Shown in pieces: positions 10,384-20,406 of a stretch of 64,000 nucleotides of DNA. How positions within the stretch are numbered: the first letter of the stretch is position 1; each line of letters starts with the position of its first letter. The DNA is from an uncultured virus (IMG/VR IMGVR_UViG_3300042922_000886) (Duplodnaviria > Heunggongvirae > Uroviricota > Caudoviricetes): IMG/VR virus record IMGVR_UViG_3300042922_000886, positions 1-64,000 of that record. The stretch is one strand, 5' to 3'. Below the pieces are notes generated by a model. It saw only the letters and a list, made by a program, of their open reading frames with translations. It was not told the DNA's origin and searched no databases. The position numbers and the translations under genes are program-made.

Positions 10384-11367
10384 CTAAAATAAATCATCAA
10401 CATCATCTTCGCCCTCTTTAACAACGTATATCTTAGTTGTTTCTGACGATTGATGTCCAAGTAAGTTTTTAACCTTTTCAATGTCTTTACCTTCAACTGC
10501 GACAAGATTTGTTGCACGACTAGATCGAAGTTGGTGGGGATGTACACGTCTTCCAACAATCTCGGAAAAAATCTCAGAGCACCAGTCATTAAAGGTGGTT
10601 GGGTTAAGGCCTCTTGTTTCACCCTGCTTAGTTTTATAAACAAACAAATATGGACAATCATCTTGTCCACGAACCTGAACCCATTTACGTATAGCTTCCA
10701 TAGACATGTCGGAAAAGATCATTTTACGAACTTTTCCTTCTTTTCCTCGCCCTTTTGCACGAATATTATGTGTAAGGTAGTAGCTTTTCAAATCACCGGT
10801 TTTCATATCTTTAACATAACTATATTCGGCAACTTCTTTGAGTACTTGTAGGACTTCACCTCGACGACATCCTGAATCATAGCTAAAAAGAATATAGGCA
10901 ACCATTTGGAACTCTTTCCGTTCTTCAAGAATTTGAATAAGTCGATCAATTTCTTCTTGAGTCAAAGGCTTCTTTTCATGTCGTAAAGCTTTAGGAGGAT
11001 TTGGTATTTTCTTATTGTAAATATTGCGAAATAGTGGATACTCGTCTGAATAGTAGACTTCCATATAACCACACAAAGAGGATACTGCTGACCTTTTTAA
11101 TTTAACAGCACTCGAGGAAAGACCTCTTTTCATGAGGTAGTTTTGGTATTGTAGAGCATGTTTTGGCTTTAGTTCATATATAGGTACGTTGTTACATTTT
11201 TCCAGAATAAATCTAAAGAAAATCTTTAGTGCAGATTCGTACTGTTTTAGAGTCTGAGGTGAGAGATGTTGTTGTAGAAGGAATTCTTCTACTTTTTCTC
11301 TACTATATTCATTTACTTTGTTCCACTCTTCTTGTGTGACTTCGGAGATTTTCTCAACTTCACCCAT
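10384..11367 (-). CDS. Tyrosine recombinase (YomM-like)
   Basis: Full catalytic set: GCRRGE, KGRG, HQLR, LLGHQS, TKIY. Confidence 0.92.
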   Translation of the reverse strand: MGEVEKISEVTQEEWNKVNEYSREKVEEFLLQQHLSPQTLKQYESALKIFFRFILEKCNNVPIYELKPKHALQYQNYLMKRGLSSSAVKLKRSAVSSLCGYMEVYYSDEYPLFRNIYNKKIPNPPKALRHEKKPLTQEEIDRLIQILEERKEFQMVAYILFSYDSGCRRGEVLQVLKEVAEYSYVKDMKTGDLKSYYLTHNIRAKGRGKEGKVRKMIFSDMSMEAIRKWVQVRGQDDCPYLFVYKTKQGETRGLNPTTFNDWCSEIFSEIVGRRVHPHQLRSSRATNLVAVEGKDIEKVKNLLGHQSSETTKIYVVKEGEDDVDDLF

Positions 11368-11379
11368 GTAATCACCTTT

Positions 11380-11829
11380 CTACTGTGAGTCAATACCACG
11401 TTTTTTTAATCCTTGTTTCATTGCTTGGTTCAATCTATCCGTACTTTGCAACTCTTCTCTAGTCTTCTCGGTAAACGGTCTAGGCGCCCCATTATAGGGG
11501 AAGTCGAACTGATAACCTTGTCCGCTCTCGACTATTTGTGCTACCTCACGGTCACCGTCAAATCGAATATTTTCAACTGCAATTGTATTATCGCTTTCTA
11601 CCGTTACTTCAATATTCTTTGGATCAACAAGTCCACCTTGATATCCTTGTCGTTCATACACTCGAGGCTCATACACACTGTAGACTTCATCCTCAATTTT
11701 TTCTTGCATAGTTCGAATGACTTCTTCTGCCACCTCGTTTTTCAGTACAGAATTCGCTTGTTTTTCTAAATGTTTAAATAAATCATTCAGATTATTGAAC
11801 GACTTCCCCATTTTCCTCAACACCCTCAC
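11380..11829 (-). CDS. Tail component (HK97 gp10-like); likely start 11811
   Basis: APRPFTEKT motif; position in the tail module. Confidence 0.6.
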   Translation of the reverse strand: MRVLRKMGKSFNNLNDLFKHLEKQANSVLKNEVAEEVIRTMQEKIEDEVYSVYEPRVYERQGYQGGLVDPKNIEVTVESDNTIAVENIRFDGDREVAQIVESGQGYQFDFPYNGAPRPFTEKTREELQSTDRLNQAMKQGLKKRGIDSQ

Positions 11830-12286
11830 TCAAGACGCTTTGTAAAGATAACTCTCCAAGAATATTACCAATACCATTAGCTGCCTTATCAATCTCTTTT
11901 GTAAGTAATTCAACTTGATCTTTAGGAAACCCGTTCTCTCCAAATAACTCCTCCATAATGCCAAGATCAAGTAAGGAATTCGAAACTTGAATCAATTTCT
12001 CAACATCGTCAATATCGGGTAGTGGAATATCAGAGAAATAACGAATTATTAGAGCGTATAGGAGAGATGTTGTATGTACGATTGTTTCATCATTGATATT
12101 TTCGCGCTTTTTTAAATCTTGCAAAATTGTAAAGTAGTCCAGAATGACTTTTTGTATTTTAGTTCTCCTAAATTTAATATCAATCTGAACTTCATAATCT
12201 CCACAAACACGGATAACTTTTCGTTCATTTAACTCACTGTTAAGTTTGCTTATGTTGGACAGAGTAAGTTTCTTGGATTTTGACAC
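11792..12286 (-). CDS. Putative tail assembly chaperone
   Basis: Position downstream of the major tail protein. Confidence 0.5.
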   Translation of the reverse strand: MSKSKKLTLSNISKLNSELNERKVIRVCGDYEVQIDIKFRRTKIQKVILDYFTILQDLKKRENINDETIVHTTSLLYALIIRYFSDIPLPDIDDVEKLIQVSNSLLDLGIMEELFGENGFPKDQVELLTKEIDKAANGIGNILGELSLQSVLSEGVEENGEVVQ

Positions 12287-12398
12287 TTGTATTCCTCCCT
12301 AAAATATTTTGATGAATTACACATGTTCAAAAACCCTTATATATCAAGGGTTTCTCAAGATGAATAATCCAATAAAATGCTCATTTCATTTGTTTTAA

Positions 12399-12440
12399 AA
12401 AAAATAAGAAAGGCGATTTAGAACAGTCTTCGCCTTTCCA
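12399..12440 (-). terminator. Terminator after the major tail gene
   Basis: GAAAGGCGA...TCGCCTTTC hairpin plus T tract on the minus strand. Confidence 0.7.
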
Positions 12441-12475
12441 TTGTTATATTTAAAATATTGTATTAATTTATTTAA

Positions 12476-13276
12476 TTATGTAAGCAGATCGCCATCATAA
12501 AGAGTAATTGTATAGAGATCGTTTTTACCTTGCTGTTTCAGAATTTCAATTGGCATAGAGTGTTCACTTGGATCACCGTCAGCTGCCATCGAAATAGACC
12601 AATTGTCCTCCATCTTTGCTGCCCAAATATTAATCTGAGCTGCATAATCCTTTTGATCATAAGGCGATTTAACAATGGCATCCAATACGAGTCCGAATGA
12701 TCCAGCGAATTTGTCACTAGAAATTGTAATCGTCTGAGCTGTCGCGTCAGTATTGGTATTGTAATAGACGATTACATCACTTCCATTTGGTAAGTCACCC
12801 GCAAAGAAAGAAACCTCCTTAGCGGAAGTATGACCATATTGTCCTGTTGTGAGTGTGCCGGAGGCAAACACAATTTCATCTCCATGAGATCCGTCGTCAT
12901 TCTTTTCGAATACTGCAATTAGGGCGCCTGTTGTGCTCACTGGCGTAAAACTAAGTGAAACTTTGTTTGTGTTTACGGTAAGAATCTCTCGTTGCTGAAT
13001 TGCCTTTACTCCTTTAATAATCCCGTTACCCGTTGCCATAGCAAGTGCCGCATTATCGAAGACCGCATTAGAAGCTTCAATTCTTGCTTCACGATTTGAC
13101 GAAAAGCCAACAATTTTGGGGTTACCAGTACCTCCACGTGCATATACAGTTTCAGCAGAATTGTCTAACTGGCTAGTTTTCAAGTCCAATAAGTAAAATA
13201 AAGGCTTACGACTCGCTACATCCACGAAAGTCATTTTGGGTACATCACGAATAACCCATGTATTAGGTGTTGCCAT
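12476..13276 (-). CDS. Major tail (tube) protein
   Basis: 266 aa beta-rich protein, VYARGGTGNPKIVGF motif, synteny, followed by a terminator. Confidence 0.7.
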   Translation of the reverse strand: MATPNTWVIRDVPKMTFVDVASRKPLFYLLDLKTSQLDNSAETVYARGGTGNPKIVGFSSNREARIEASNAVFDNAALAMATGNGIIKGVKAIQQREILTVNTNKVSLSFTPVSTTGALIAVFEKNDDGSHGDEIVFASGTLTTGQYGHTSAKEVSFFAGDLPNGSDVIVYYNTNTDATAQTITISSDKFAGSFGLVLDAIVKSPYDQKDYAAQINIWAAKMEDNWSISMAADGDPSEHSMPIEILKQQGKNDLYTITLYDGDLLT

Positions 13277-13292
13277 TTAAATTCACATCTCC

Positions 13293-14024
13293 TTATTTTG
13301 CATCTAGTATTTTTGCAAAACTCAAATCTTTTATATTTATTTTTTTTGCATCCACATTGCCGGTATAGATTCCGTACAATGTATAATGAATAGAATCGAG
13401 ATTTTCAATGCGTTTGTAACCATCATAAAATTGATACATTGTTAAATTAAGAATATCGGAAATATGGGGGACACCAGATTTCCAAGCTAATCCTGAGATC
13501 ATACTGTGTAGGTTTATGGTAGGTCTAGGCTTCTTCTTTCTTTTCTTACGCTCTAACATTTCAGCAATTATTCTTGCCGTAACTTCATTAGCTGGATTAT
13601 ATGTATCTTCATCATTACTTACTCTGGCATGATTACCAATTCTAATAATTTCTTGTATTTGAGCGAAGTTATCTCCATGAATCCTTCCACCATTGTCAAA
13701 ATAAAAAAACGCCTTTGAGGATGTTATGACATCACACATAGTCGCTTTTTTTCTAAACGCCATCTCAATTGCATCTAAAAAATCCTGTTTAAACTCTTCA
13801 TTATGGAAACAATTTGCGAACAAGATATCGAAGGGATCGTATGTCACACCTGATTCGCCTTCTATATTTTTTTTATCTAACAACAAAATAGATAGTAGTT
13901 GGCTGTATTTACTTTCACCCATTCTCACAACTTCGCGTACAGTTGGTATATGTACCTTTCCACATTCCTCAATTTCAATGGGTTCGGCAGATAGCAATTT
14001 TAGTTCGACATCTTCAATATTCAC
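13293..14024 (-). CDS. Conserved SPbeta-like tail-region protein
   Basis: Synteny; LTMYQFYD...GIYTGNVDAKKI. Confidence 0.55.
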   Translation of the reverse strand: MNIEDVELKLLSAEPIEIEECGKVHIPTVREVVRMGESKYSQLLSILLLDKKNIEGESGVTYDPFDILFANCFHNEEFKQDFLDAIEMAFRKKATMCDVITSSKAFFYFDNGGRIHGDNFAQIQEIIRIGNHARVSNDEDTYNPANEVTARIIAEMLERKKRKKKPRPTINLHSMISGLAWKSGVPHISDILNLTMYQFYDGYKRIENLDSIHYTLYGIYTGNVDAKKINIKDLSFAKILDAK

Positions 14025-14034
14025 TTTGGATCAC

Positions 14035-14532
14035 CTACGAAAAATCTGTTATTCGGTAGTGTAATGAATATCCACTGAACACGTTATTAACCCATAGAAA
14101 CCTGCTTTTGACAAATTGAGTTTTTCCAATACCAACAACCTTCTGATTATTGAACATTTCATCTATCTCGTTCATAATCGCATACGGTCTAAGTTTCCCT
14201 AAAAGCCTATGCTGATTGATATGGCTGACAATATTAAATGTGATAATCGAATCCTTAAAATAGATGCTTCCACCTTTTTCGATATTCTCAAAGTAAACGG
14301 TTAGATAGGTTCCTGCAGTCAATTCGTTTTCACTTGGTAATTTCGGAAAGGGAAAGACTTTTGTGTACATCAAATCTCTACGTTGTTGTAGAGTTAGATC
14401 AGGATTGTCGAGGGGGTCAGAAGGAACGTTTTGATTGGATTCATAGTAGATATATTTACATAGATTTTGAGACTGTATCAATTCTAATAATATTTGGTTA
14501 ATATATTCATTTAATTCTTGAAATTTTGAAAT
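14035..14532 (-). CDS. Putative tail terminator/completion protein (ATT start proposed at 14532; TTG alternative at 14481)
   Basis: RPYAIMNEIDEMFN...GIG motif; frame open to ATT downstream of GGGAGG. Confidence 0.55.
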   Translation of the reverse strand: MSKFQELNEYINQILLELIQSQNLCKYIYYESNQNVPSDPLDNPDLTLQQRRDLMYTKVFPFPKLPSENELTAGTYLTVYFENIEKGGSIYFKDSIITFNIVSHINQHRLLGKLRPYAIMNEIDEMFNNQKVVGIGKTQFVKSRFLWVNNVFSGYSLHYRITDFS

Positions 14533-14557
14533 ATTAAATCATTCCTCCCGTAAAATC

Positions 14558-15883
14558 TCAAATCAGCGACTCAACTTTTATTCTAAATGTTTGAGAAAGG
14601 ATAGGAGAACTTCCGATTAAGACTGCTTTTAATTTTACATATCCTGATTTATGACCTTTAATTGTACATTGTGTAGTTGAACTAAAAGTCATAGTAGCAA
14701 GAGTGGTTACTGATATTCCAGTATCATCAGTTAAGTACCACTGAACGAATTGCGTGGGATCGACTACTAAATTGTTCTTAATTATTGCTGTAAACGTCTT
14801 ACTTGTACCAACCAATAATTCTAACGAAGAATCCAACTCAATTGAGTAATTATTAGACGTGCTGAACTCAATGGTAACCACTGCCGTATCTGTCACACTA
14901 GTATGGTCCTGTAGCATGGCCGTCACAACAACCTGTCCATTTGCATTGGCAGATAAAATTCCGTCTTCATTGACTGTGGCAATGGTATCATCACTTACCG
15001 ACCACACAACATCCTTTTGTACAGTTACTCCGTTGTTGGTAACTGTTGCTTGTAGCTGCAGCGTGTTTCCAACTTGGACAGAAAAAGATTCTCCATTTAG
15101 AATTTGCAAGGCGTAATTGGAGACATTGCCGAAATAATCGGCAATACCTATCTCTAAATTATCAGTAGACTCATTAATCAGATCTTCCTTCAAACTCAGA
15201 TTTACTAAACCTTCATCACTAGTCCAGTCAAAATCAATTACTTTAAAGACCTGACTATCAAAGATGAACCTTTTATCCCGTTTCAAATTTCTTGTGTGAC
15301 TATTCGATTGTACAATTACTTGTCTTCGTCCATCAGGCATGGACATAACTCGATCTTCATCAAGGCCGAAGTTTGAACGAGTATTGTATTCAAATATACA
15401 AAATTGTTCCTGCAATTGACCATCTCTGTCAACCCATCTTAGAACAGAGTTGGTTGGCTGCATGATGCTGAGATCGTATCCATCTCTAGTTTCGATTGTT
15501 TTAAGAAACAAACACTTCTCAACTGCACCTGAATTCTTATTAATAAAGTCAACGATATTGCCCGGTCTTAGGTTATCACTATGCCTAGTCATAACCTCTC
15601 GACTGTATCTAAGTTGTATACCACCAAAACTATTCTTCTTAGGAAGTTTTCCATAGTCAACAATGCACTTATATGAAGTTCCATCTTTGTTTATTGTGTC
15701 GGCGCGATCAGATCCAATCAGAATATCAAAATGCGAAATCGACTCATTATATTGCTCCGAATATCTATCTGACAAAGAACTTAACATAACATCTTCATTT
15801 TTCCCAGATAAAACAAACTTTTTATATTTGAGTATTTCTGAAATATTCATTGAGCACCACCATAGATGCTCTTTATCTGCCAC
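14558..15883 (-). CDS. Head-closure-like protein with C-terminal Ig-like (Big_2) domains; likely start 15850
   Basis: VGNTLQLQATV...VVWSVSDDTIATVNEDGILSA is a Big_2 pattern; synteny. Confidence 0.7.
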   Translation of the reverse strand: MADKEHLWWCSMNISEILKYKKFVLSGKNEDVMLSSLSDRYSEQYNESISHFDILIGSDRADTINKDGTSYKCIVDYGKLPKKNSFGGIQLRYSREVMTRHSDNLRPGNIVDFINKNSGAVEKCLFLKTIETRDGYDLSIMQPTNSVLRWVDRDGQLQEQFCIFEYNTRSNFGLDEDRVMSMPDGRRQVIVQSNSHTRNLKRDKRFIFDSQVFKVIDFDWTSDEGLVNLSLKEDLINESTDNLEIGIADYFGNVSNYALQILNGESFSVQVGNTLQLQATVTNNGVTVQKDVVWSVSDDTIATVNEDGILSANANGQVVVTAMLQDHTSVTDTAVVTIEFSTSNNYSIELDSSLELLVGTSKTFTAIIKNNLVVDPTQFVQWYLTDDTGISVTTLATMTFSSTTQCTIKGHKSGYVKLKAVLIGSSPILSQTFRIKVESLI

Positions 15884-16326
15884 GTCAACCGATCCCGACT
15901 ATAGTAATTAGTTATAGCATTAATGGTTTCAAATTGAATTTTTTCCAACATTCCAAGAAAAGTTTTTCTATCATTTGCTGGCGAGAAGACGTTAAGTTCC
16001 GATGAACGAAAAGTTATTCCGAATGCCTTTAATTTATTACGCTCTTCTTCAATATAAGATAAATACATTATTTGAGAGAGTAGTGATACTTCTTGAACAA
16101 CTAAAGGTGTATTAAAGGTTTCAAGTTCATCATCTTTATCATAAAAATTGATATCTGGATTACCGTAGTCATACAATTTATCAATTGCTCTATTTAGCAA
16201 TCCACTAAGGTGATCATTAATCATTTCTTCAATCTCTTCATCTTCCATATTGGAATATTTGAAGAAATCTCGATCATTCTTTATTAATTTAATAAATTTA
16301 TCATATATTAATTGATATGACGTCAA
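15847..16326 (-). CDS. Head-tail connector candidate
   Basis: Synteny; FSPANDRKTF motif. Confidence 0.5.
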   Translation of the reverse strand: MTSYQLIYDKFIKLIKNDRDFFKYSNMEDEEIEEMINDHLSGLLNRAIDKLYDYGNPDINFYDKDDELETFNTPLVVQEVSLLSQIMYLSYIEEERNKLKAFGITFRSSELNVFSPANDRKTFLGMLEKIQFETINAITNYYSRDRLTWQIKSIYGGAQ

Positions 16327-16336
16327 TCTCTATCAC

Positions 16337-17062
16337 CTACTTTTTAGGCGGTCTTCCGGATGGCTTTTTGTCTTCTAGTTGAGAGTTGTTTTCTTGCAAG
16401 GGGGCAAGCGATTCTACTCTCTTCAACAAAGCTTCAATTGCTGATTGAGACTTTTCGATAATTTGGTCTTTGGACTTATTATCTTCTTCTAGTTTCCGAA
16501 TTTTTGAAGTTAAATCATCAAGAGTCTTTTTAAGTGCAATATCTTCTTTATTTTTTTGATCGTTGTTCAGAATTCTGCTGATTTCACTGTTTGGATTCCG
16601 TTTACCTCCATTTTTTAATTCATTACTTCGTTCTAGGACAGCTGCAACAATATTATGGGGAGGGGTTTTATTGGTCCGTTCTAAAACAAATAGTTTATGT
16701 TTCATTCGGTTTAGCAATGTTGACGATTTTAGAGAACTAATCTTTTTCACATTCTCAATTGAATCGGTAAGCAGAAATTCGAACATTTGTTTATCGCTCA
16801 TGATATTATCCAGATCTTCAATTCCTAGTTTTTTATAAACTTCATTTTCCTCTGCAGGGTGAAAACGTAATCTACCCACCTTAAATAGATCGGATTTCGA
16901 ATTCTCCGTTTCAATATCATCCAGTGCAACTCGCTCAACCACAAATTCCTCTTCTTCATCCCTGCCACGAATAAAAACACCTTGTTGAGAATGATTACTA
17001 GGAAATCCAGCAGGAGACATTTCATAATTGTATACTCGAATCTTGCCATTCATAATATCCAT
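16337..17062 (-). CDS. Conserved head-region hypothetical protein
   Basis: Follows the capsid gene; coiled-coil C-terminus ending GRPPKK. Confidence 0.55.
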   Translation of the reverse strand: MDIMNGKIRVYNYEMSPAGFPSNHSQQGVFIRGRDEEEEFVVERVALDDIETENSKSDLFKVGRLRFHPAEENEVYKKLGIEDLDNIMSDKQMFEFLLTDSIENVKKISSLKSSTLLNRMKHKLFVLERTNKTPPHNIVAAVLERSNELKNGGKRNPNSEISRILNNDQKNKEDIALKKTLDDLTSKIRKLEEDNKSKDQIIEKSQSAIEALLKRVESLAPLQENNSQLEDKKPSGRPPKK

Positions 17063-17087
17063 ACCTTAATACACTCCCTTTAATGTT

Positions 17088-17131
17088 TCTTACGTGTGGA
17101 ACATAAAATAATGAAAGTTCCACACGTAAGA
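17088..17131. repeat. 15-bp perfect inverted repeat (hairpin) after the capsid gene
   Basis: TCTTACGTGTGGAAC-N14-GTTCCACACGTAAGA. Confidence 0.85.
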
Positions 17132-17149
17132 TTTTCTGTAATTCAATTC

Positions 17150-18154
17150 TTAAGCAAAAGTGATACGTGCAATCTTATCAAGATGATAAATTACATAGTC
17201 GAACTCGTAACCAGTGAACTTAAGATCGACTTTTTCTGCATTGTTATCGTAGGTTTCGTAGTAACGAAGTTCACCACGCATATCAGCGTCACCAATGATT
17301 CCTGCAATGCCAAAGATACGCTTATCAGGCACGAGAGTAATCCCTTTAGTCGTTTTCTTAGCAGTAGGAATCGAGGAAAGTGCAACGCCGTCAAACATCG
17401 CCAGACGACCAACTCGATTCAACTCGTTCTTCAGTTCATCGCTCAAATATTTTTCATAACCACTCATTCGAGCGAAACCATCAATATACTTAGACAAACC
17501 AACCATAAACGGATTACCTTCAGACATATCACGAATGTATCGAGCCAAGGTTTCAGCGTTTGTCTGAGTCAATGCCGAACCGGAATCAATATCTTGATCA
17601 CCAGTAAGAGTATCGATAGCGGCATCGACACCTGTAAACAATCGACTAAACATTTCTTGCTCAAACGCCTCTCTTGTAAGTTCAGTCATTTTAGCAATGG
17701 ACTTCCAACCGTTCCTACGGAGATCAGAATAATTCAACTCAGTTTCAACCTGTAGAGATGTTTTAACAGGGGTGAATACGCCCGGATCTACATAACTCTT
17801 AGGAACATTACCACCACGAACAGCATCATATGTTTTAATGGTATTTTTAGGAAGCCCTGTGTAGATTTTTTCATCAAATTCACCAATAGACCCCATATTA
17901 AAAATATTTGAAAGAATGCTGTACTCGGGTTGGAATACGAGTGGTTCAACAGTTTTTTTAATGAGTTCAGAAATCAGGATATTATTATCAGAGGTTTTAC
18001 CAGAAATACCCACTTCTTTTGCAAAGGTATTCAATACTTCAATCATTTCTTTATCACTAGCATCGATAGTGTTGCTTTTAACTCGTTCAGATAATTCGAT
18101 AATATTTTTTTCTTGAATCATCGAAGCTACTTCAGTTGTAAATAGTTTACTCAT
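17150..18154 (-). CDS. Major capsid protein (YonB-like position)
   Basis: 334 aa; position after the scaffold/decoration genes. Confidence 0.7.
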   Translation of the reverse strand: MSKLFTTEVASMIQEKNIIELSERVKSNTIDASDKEMIEVLNTFAKEVGISGKTSDNNILISELIKKTVEPLVFQPEYSILSNIFNMGSIGEFDEKIYTGLPKNTIKTYDAVRGGNVPKSYVDPGVFTPVKTSLQVETELNYSDLRRNGWKSIAKMTELTREAFEQEMFSRLFTGVDAAIDTLTGDQDIDSGSALTQTNAETLARYIRDMSEGNPFMVGLSKYIDGFARMSGYEKYLSDELKNELNRVGRLAMFDGVALSSIPTAKKTTKGITLVPDKRIFGIAGIIGDADMRGELRYYETYDNNAEKVDLKFTGYEFDYVIYHLDKIARITFA

Positions 18155-18184
18155 ATTATTATTAATCCTCCTATTATTTATTTA

Positions 18185-18649
18185 TTAAGATGGTACAGTG
18201 AATGGATGCACGACTTCGAAAATCTTTAATGCATGCCCAGCGTCGTCGTAAGTGCCAATATACTTTAGAGTAGAGACTTTAGTGGCAACAGCTTTGATCA
18301 ACTTGCCTACATTTGCAGTCGATCCTGCAATGGCATAATCACCGGCAGCAAAAGTACCTGATACTTGATCGGTTGCGATCTGTGCGCCAACAGAATACTT
18401 GACCAAGATTCCTAGAGAATCAGCCTTTACAATGTCCATAGAATCATCGTATTGACTAATTTCTACATCAGAAAGATGCCCCGTAGGTTGATTATCTTTA
18501 TCCAAAAAGTAAATCTGAACACCTTCACCATCTGCTGGATCGGCCTTGGTAGTAGACAGGTTTTTGGTTACAACGGAACCGCGCTTCAAAGCAGCGGAGA
18601 CTTTATAAATTTCAGTTACTCGGGGTGCTACAATTACATTTCTTAGCAT
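18185..18649 (-). CDS. Capsid decoration/cement protein candidate (YonC-like)
   Basis: 154 aa beta-rich protein between scaffold and capsid genes. Confidence 0.55.
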   Translation of the reverse strand: MLRNVIVAPRVTEIYKVSAALKRGSVVTKNLSTTKADPADGEGVQIYFLDKDNQPTGHLSDVEISQYDDSMDIVKADSLGILVKYSVGAQIATDQVSGTFAAGDYAIAGSTANVGKLIKAVATKVSTLKYIGTYDDAGHALKIFEVVHPFTVPS

Positions 18650-18702
18650 TTATCAATCTCTCCTTATAATTATGATTTATTTAATTCAATATCAACATAA
18701 AA

Positions 18703-20265
18703 CTACTTTTTAGCAATCAAGCCTTTGATAATATCGGCGGCGCTGAACATAATCGAATCGCTGTCACTATTATTCAAATCAGTCTTTGGTTTCTTCTCAT
18801 TTTTTACTTCGCTAGTATCCAATTCATCTTTATTTTCACTCTTAGATGCTTTATACTTTTCAATCGCACGTTTACCTTTTATTACTTCAATTTTTTCTTG
18901 TGCAGATTCAAAGTTTTCAATTGTTAATTCCGCGAAGATTGAAACCAGTTTTTCATCAGATTCAAGTTCTTCCTCACTGATCAAACTATCTTCTAGCGTG
19001 AATGTTTTCAATTCTTCTTTCTTCTCAGTTAGAATTCGAACTTTTTCAGCTTGCTCCATTTCGTCAACTTTTTCTTTAAATGGAGTCAGTTTTTCAACTT
19101 CAGCTTCTAAGACTTCCTTCTCTTTTGTTGCCTCTATAAGCAACTTACCAGCTTCAGCAATCTCTTTATTAGCCTCAGCCAGTTTAGATTGTAATTCAGA
19201 TATTTGAGAATTGATTTCAGTCACAGGAATAAACTTCATTTTTACATCTGTTTGCGAAACGATACTTATAGTGTCATCGCTATTTACAGTATACGTAAAA
19301 GTAATAAAATCCTCTTCAGAGCTTCGCTCCCAAGTATACGCTACTACTTTAAACTCGTATGGATATAACATTGAGACATAGAAATATTTGTCCTCGTTTA
19401 AAGAATTTAACGCTTTCCTAACTTTACGGTACAAATCATTATCAGTTAGGGCAGATACTTCATTTTGATCTTCCTTTTTCAAATCCTTTCCTCCTTCGTT
19501 GCTATTTATATTATATTTATTTATATCAACTTTATCGTTTTCAGAGGTATCCGAATCAGGTAAAGTTGATATATTTTCTGATTTAACATCATTCAAAAAG
19601 GCATTCGATAATTCATAATTCATTTCATCGTTCTCAGCAACTTCCAGAACACCAGCGCCGTGGACGGCTCCGATCACGGAAGAACCCAATAATGCGTTAC
19701 CAATGAACTCAAATGCTTTTAGAATCTTGCCTCTGGCGGTCTTCTCTGCTTCGGAAGAACTAATTTCCCATGAACTTGATATGCGACCCTTATCCCAAAG
19801 TTTATCAAAAACTTTAAAATATTCAGGAAACCTGCTCTTCCATAGTTTTGTCTTTATCAGGATTGTTTTCTTTTTTCCTTCATAACCGTCAACTTCTCTT
19901 TCTTCTATCCATGACTCGATAACTGAACCAATAGGGTGAGTAGCAAAATAGTATTCTACTTTTTTAGTTTCAGTATTATATTTAGTCCGAAGTTCGTGTC
20001 CACCAAAATCATCGGGTTTCCCTTCTTTATCATATTTTAAATAAGCAAGGATCGGATATCCAACAATTGTACTATGATATTTTTCTCCTTCTTCTGCTTG
20101 GATTAATACATTGTTTGCGTTATATTCATCAAGAACTGAAATAAGGAAAGTTGCTTCTTTATGATTAGGAAAATCGCTAACTTCGATTGGTAAACTAGAG
20201 AGTACGAAATTTTCCAATATTTTTTTCTCACCACCTTTCATTGAATGCGAATTAACCAAACTCAA
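18703..20265 (-). CDS. Prohead protease/scaffold (YonD-like); likely TTG start at 20217
   Basis: DFGGHE and SSSWEI protease-like motifs; acidic coiled-coil C-terminus. Confidence 0.7.
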   Translation of the reverse strand: MSLVNSHSMKGGEKKILENFVLSSLPIEVSDFPNHKEATFLISVLDEYNANNVLIQAEEGEKYHSTIVGYPILAYLKYDKEGKPDDFGGHELRTKYNTETKKVEYYFATHPIGSVIESWIEEREVDGYEGKKKTILIKTKLWKSRFPEYFKVFDKLWDKGRISSSWEISSSEAEKTARGKILKAFEFIGNALLGSSVIGAVHGAGVLEVAENDEMNYELSNAFLNDVKSENISTLPDSDTSENDKVDINKYNINSNEGGKDLKKEDQNEVSALTDNDLYRKVRKALNSLNEDKYFYVSMLYPYEFKVVAYTWERSSEEDFITFTYTVNSDDTISIVSQTDVKMKFIPVTEINSQISELQSKLAEANKEIAEAGKLLIEATKEKEVLEAEVEKLTPFKEKVDEMEQAEKVRILTEKKEELKTFTLEDSLISEEELESDEKLVSIFAELTIENFESAQEKIEVIKGKRAIEKYKASKSENKDELDTSEVKNEKKPKTDLNNSDSDSIMFSAADIIKGLIAKK

Positions 20266-20401
20266 TTTTTATTTTTTCTAAAACCTTATTTAGTTCAGTA
20301 TCGGGAACGGTATCCAAATGTACTATTGCTACTGTATGCTCTCCATCAATATAAACAATCAGTTCTTTGTTACAGCATGGACAAGTAATCCTAGTTTCCA
20401 T
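20252..20401 (-). CDS. Small CPCC protein, 49 aa (METRITCPCCNKEL...)
   Basis: Manual translation between the portal and protease genes. Confidence 0.5.
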   Translation of the reverse strand: METRITCPCCNKELIVYIDGEHTVAIVHLDTVPDTELNKVLEKIKIEFG

Positions 20402-20406
20402 ATCAA

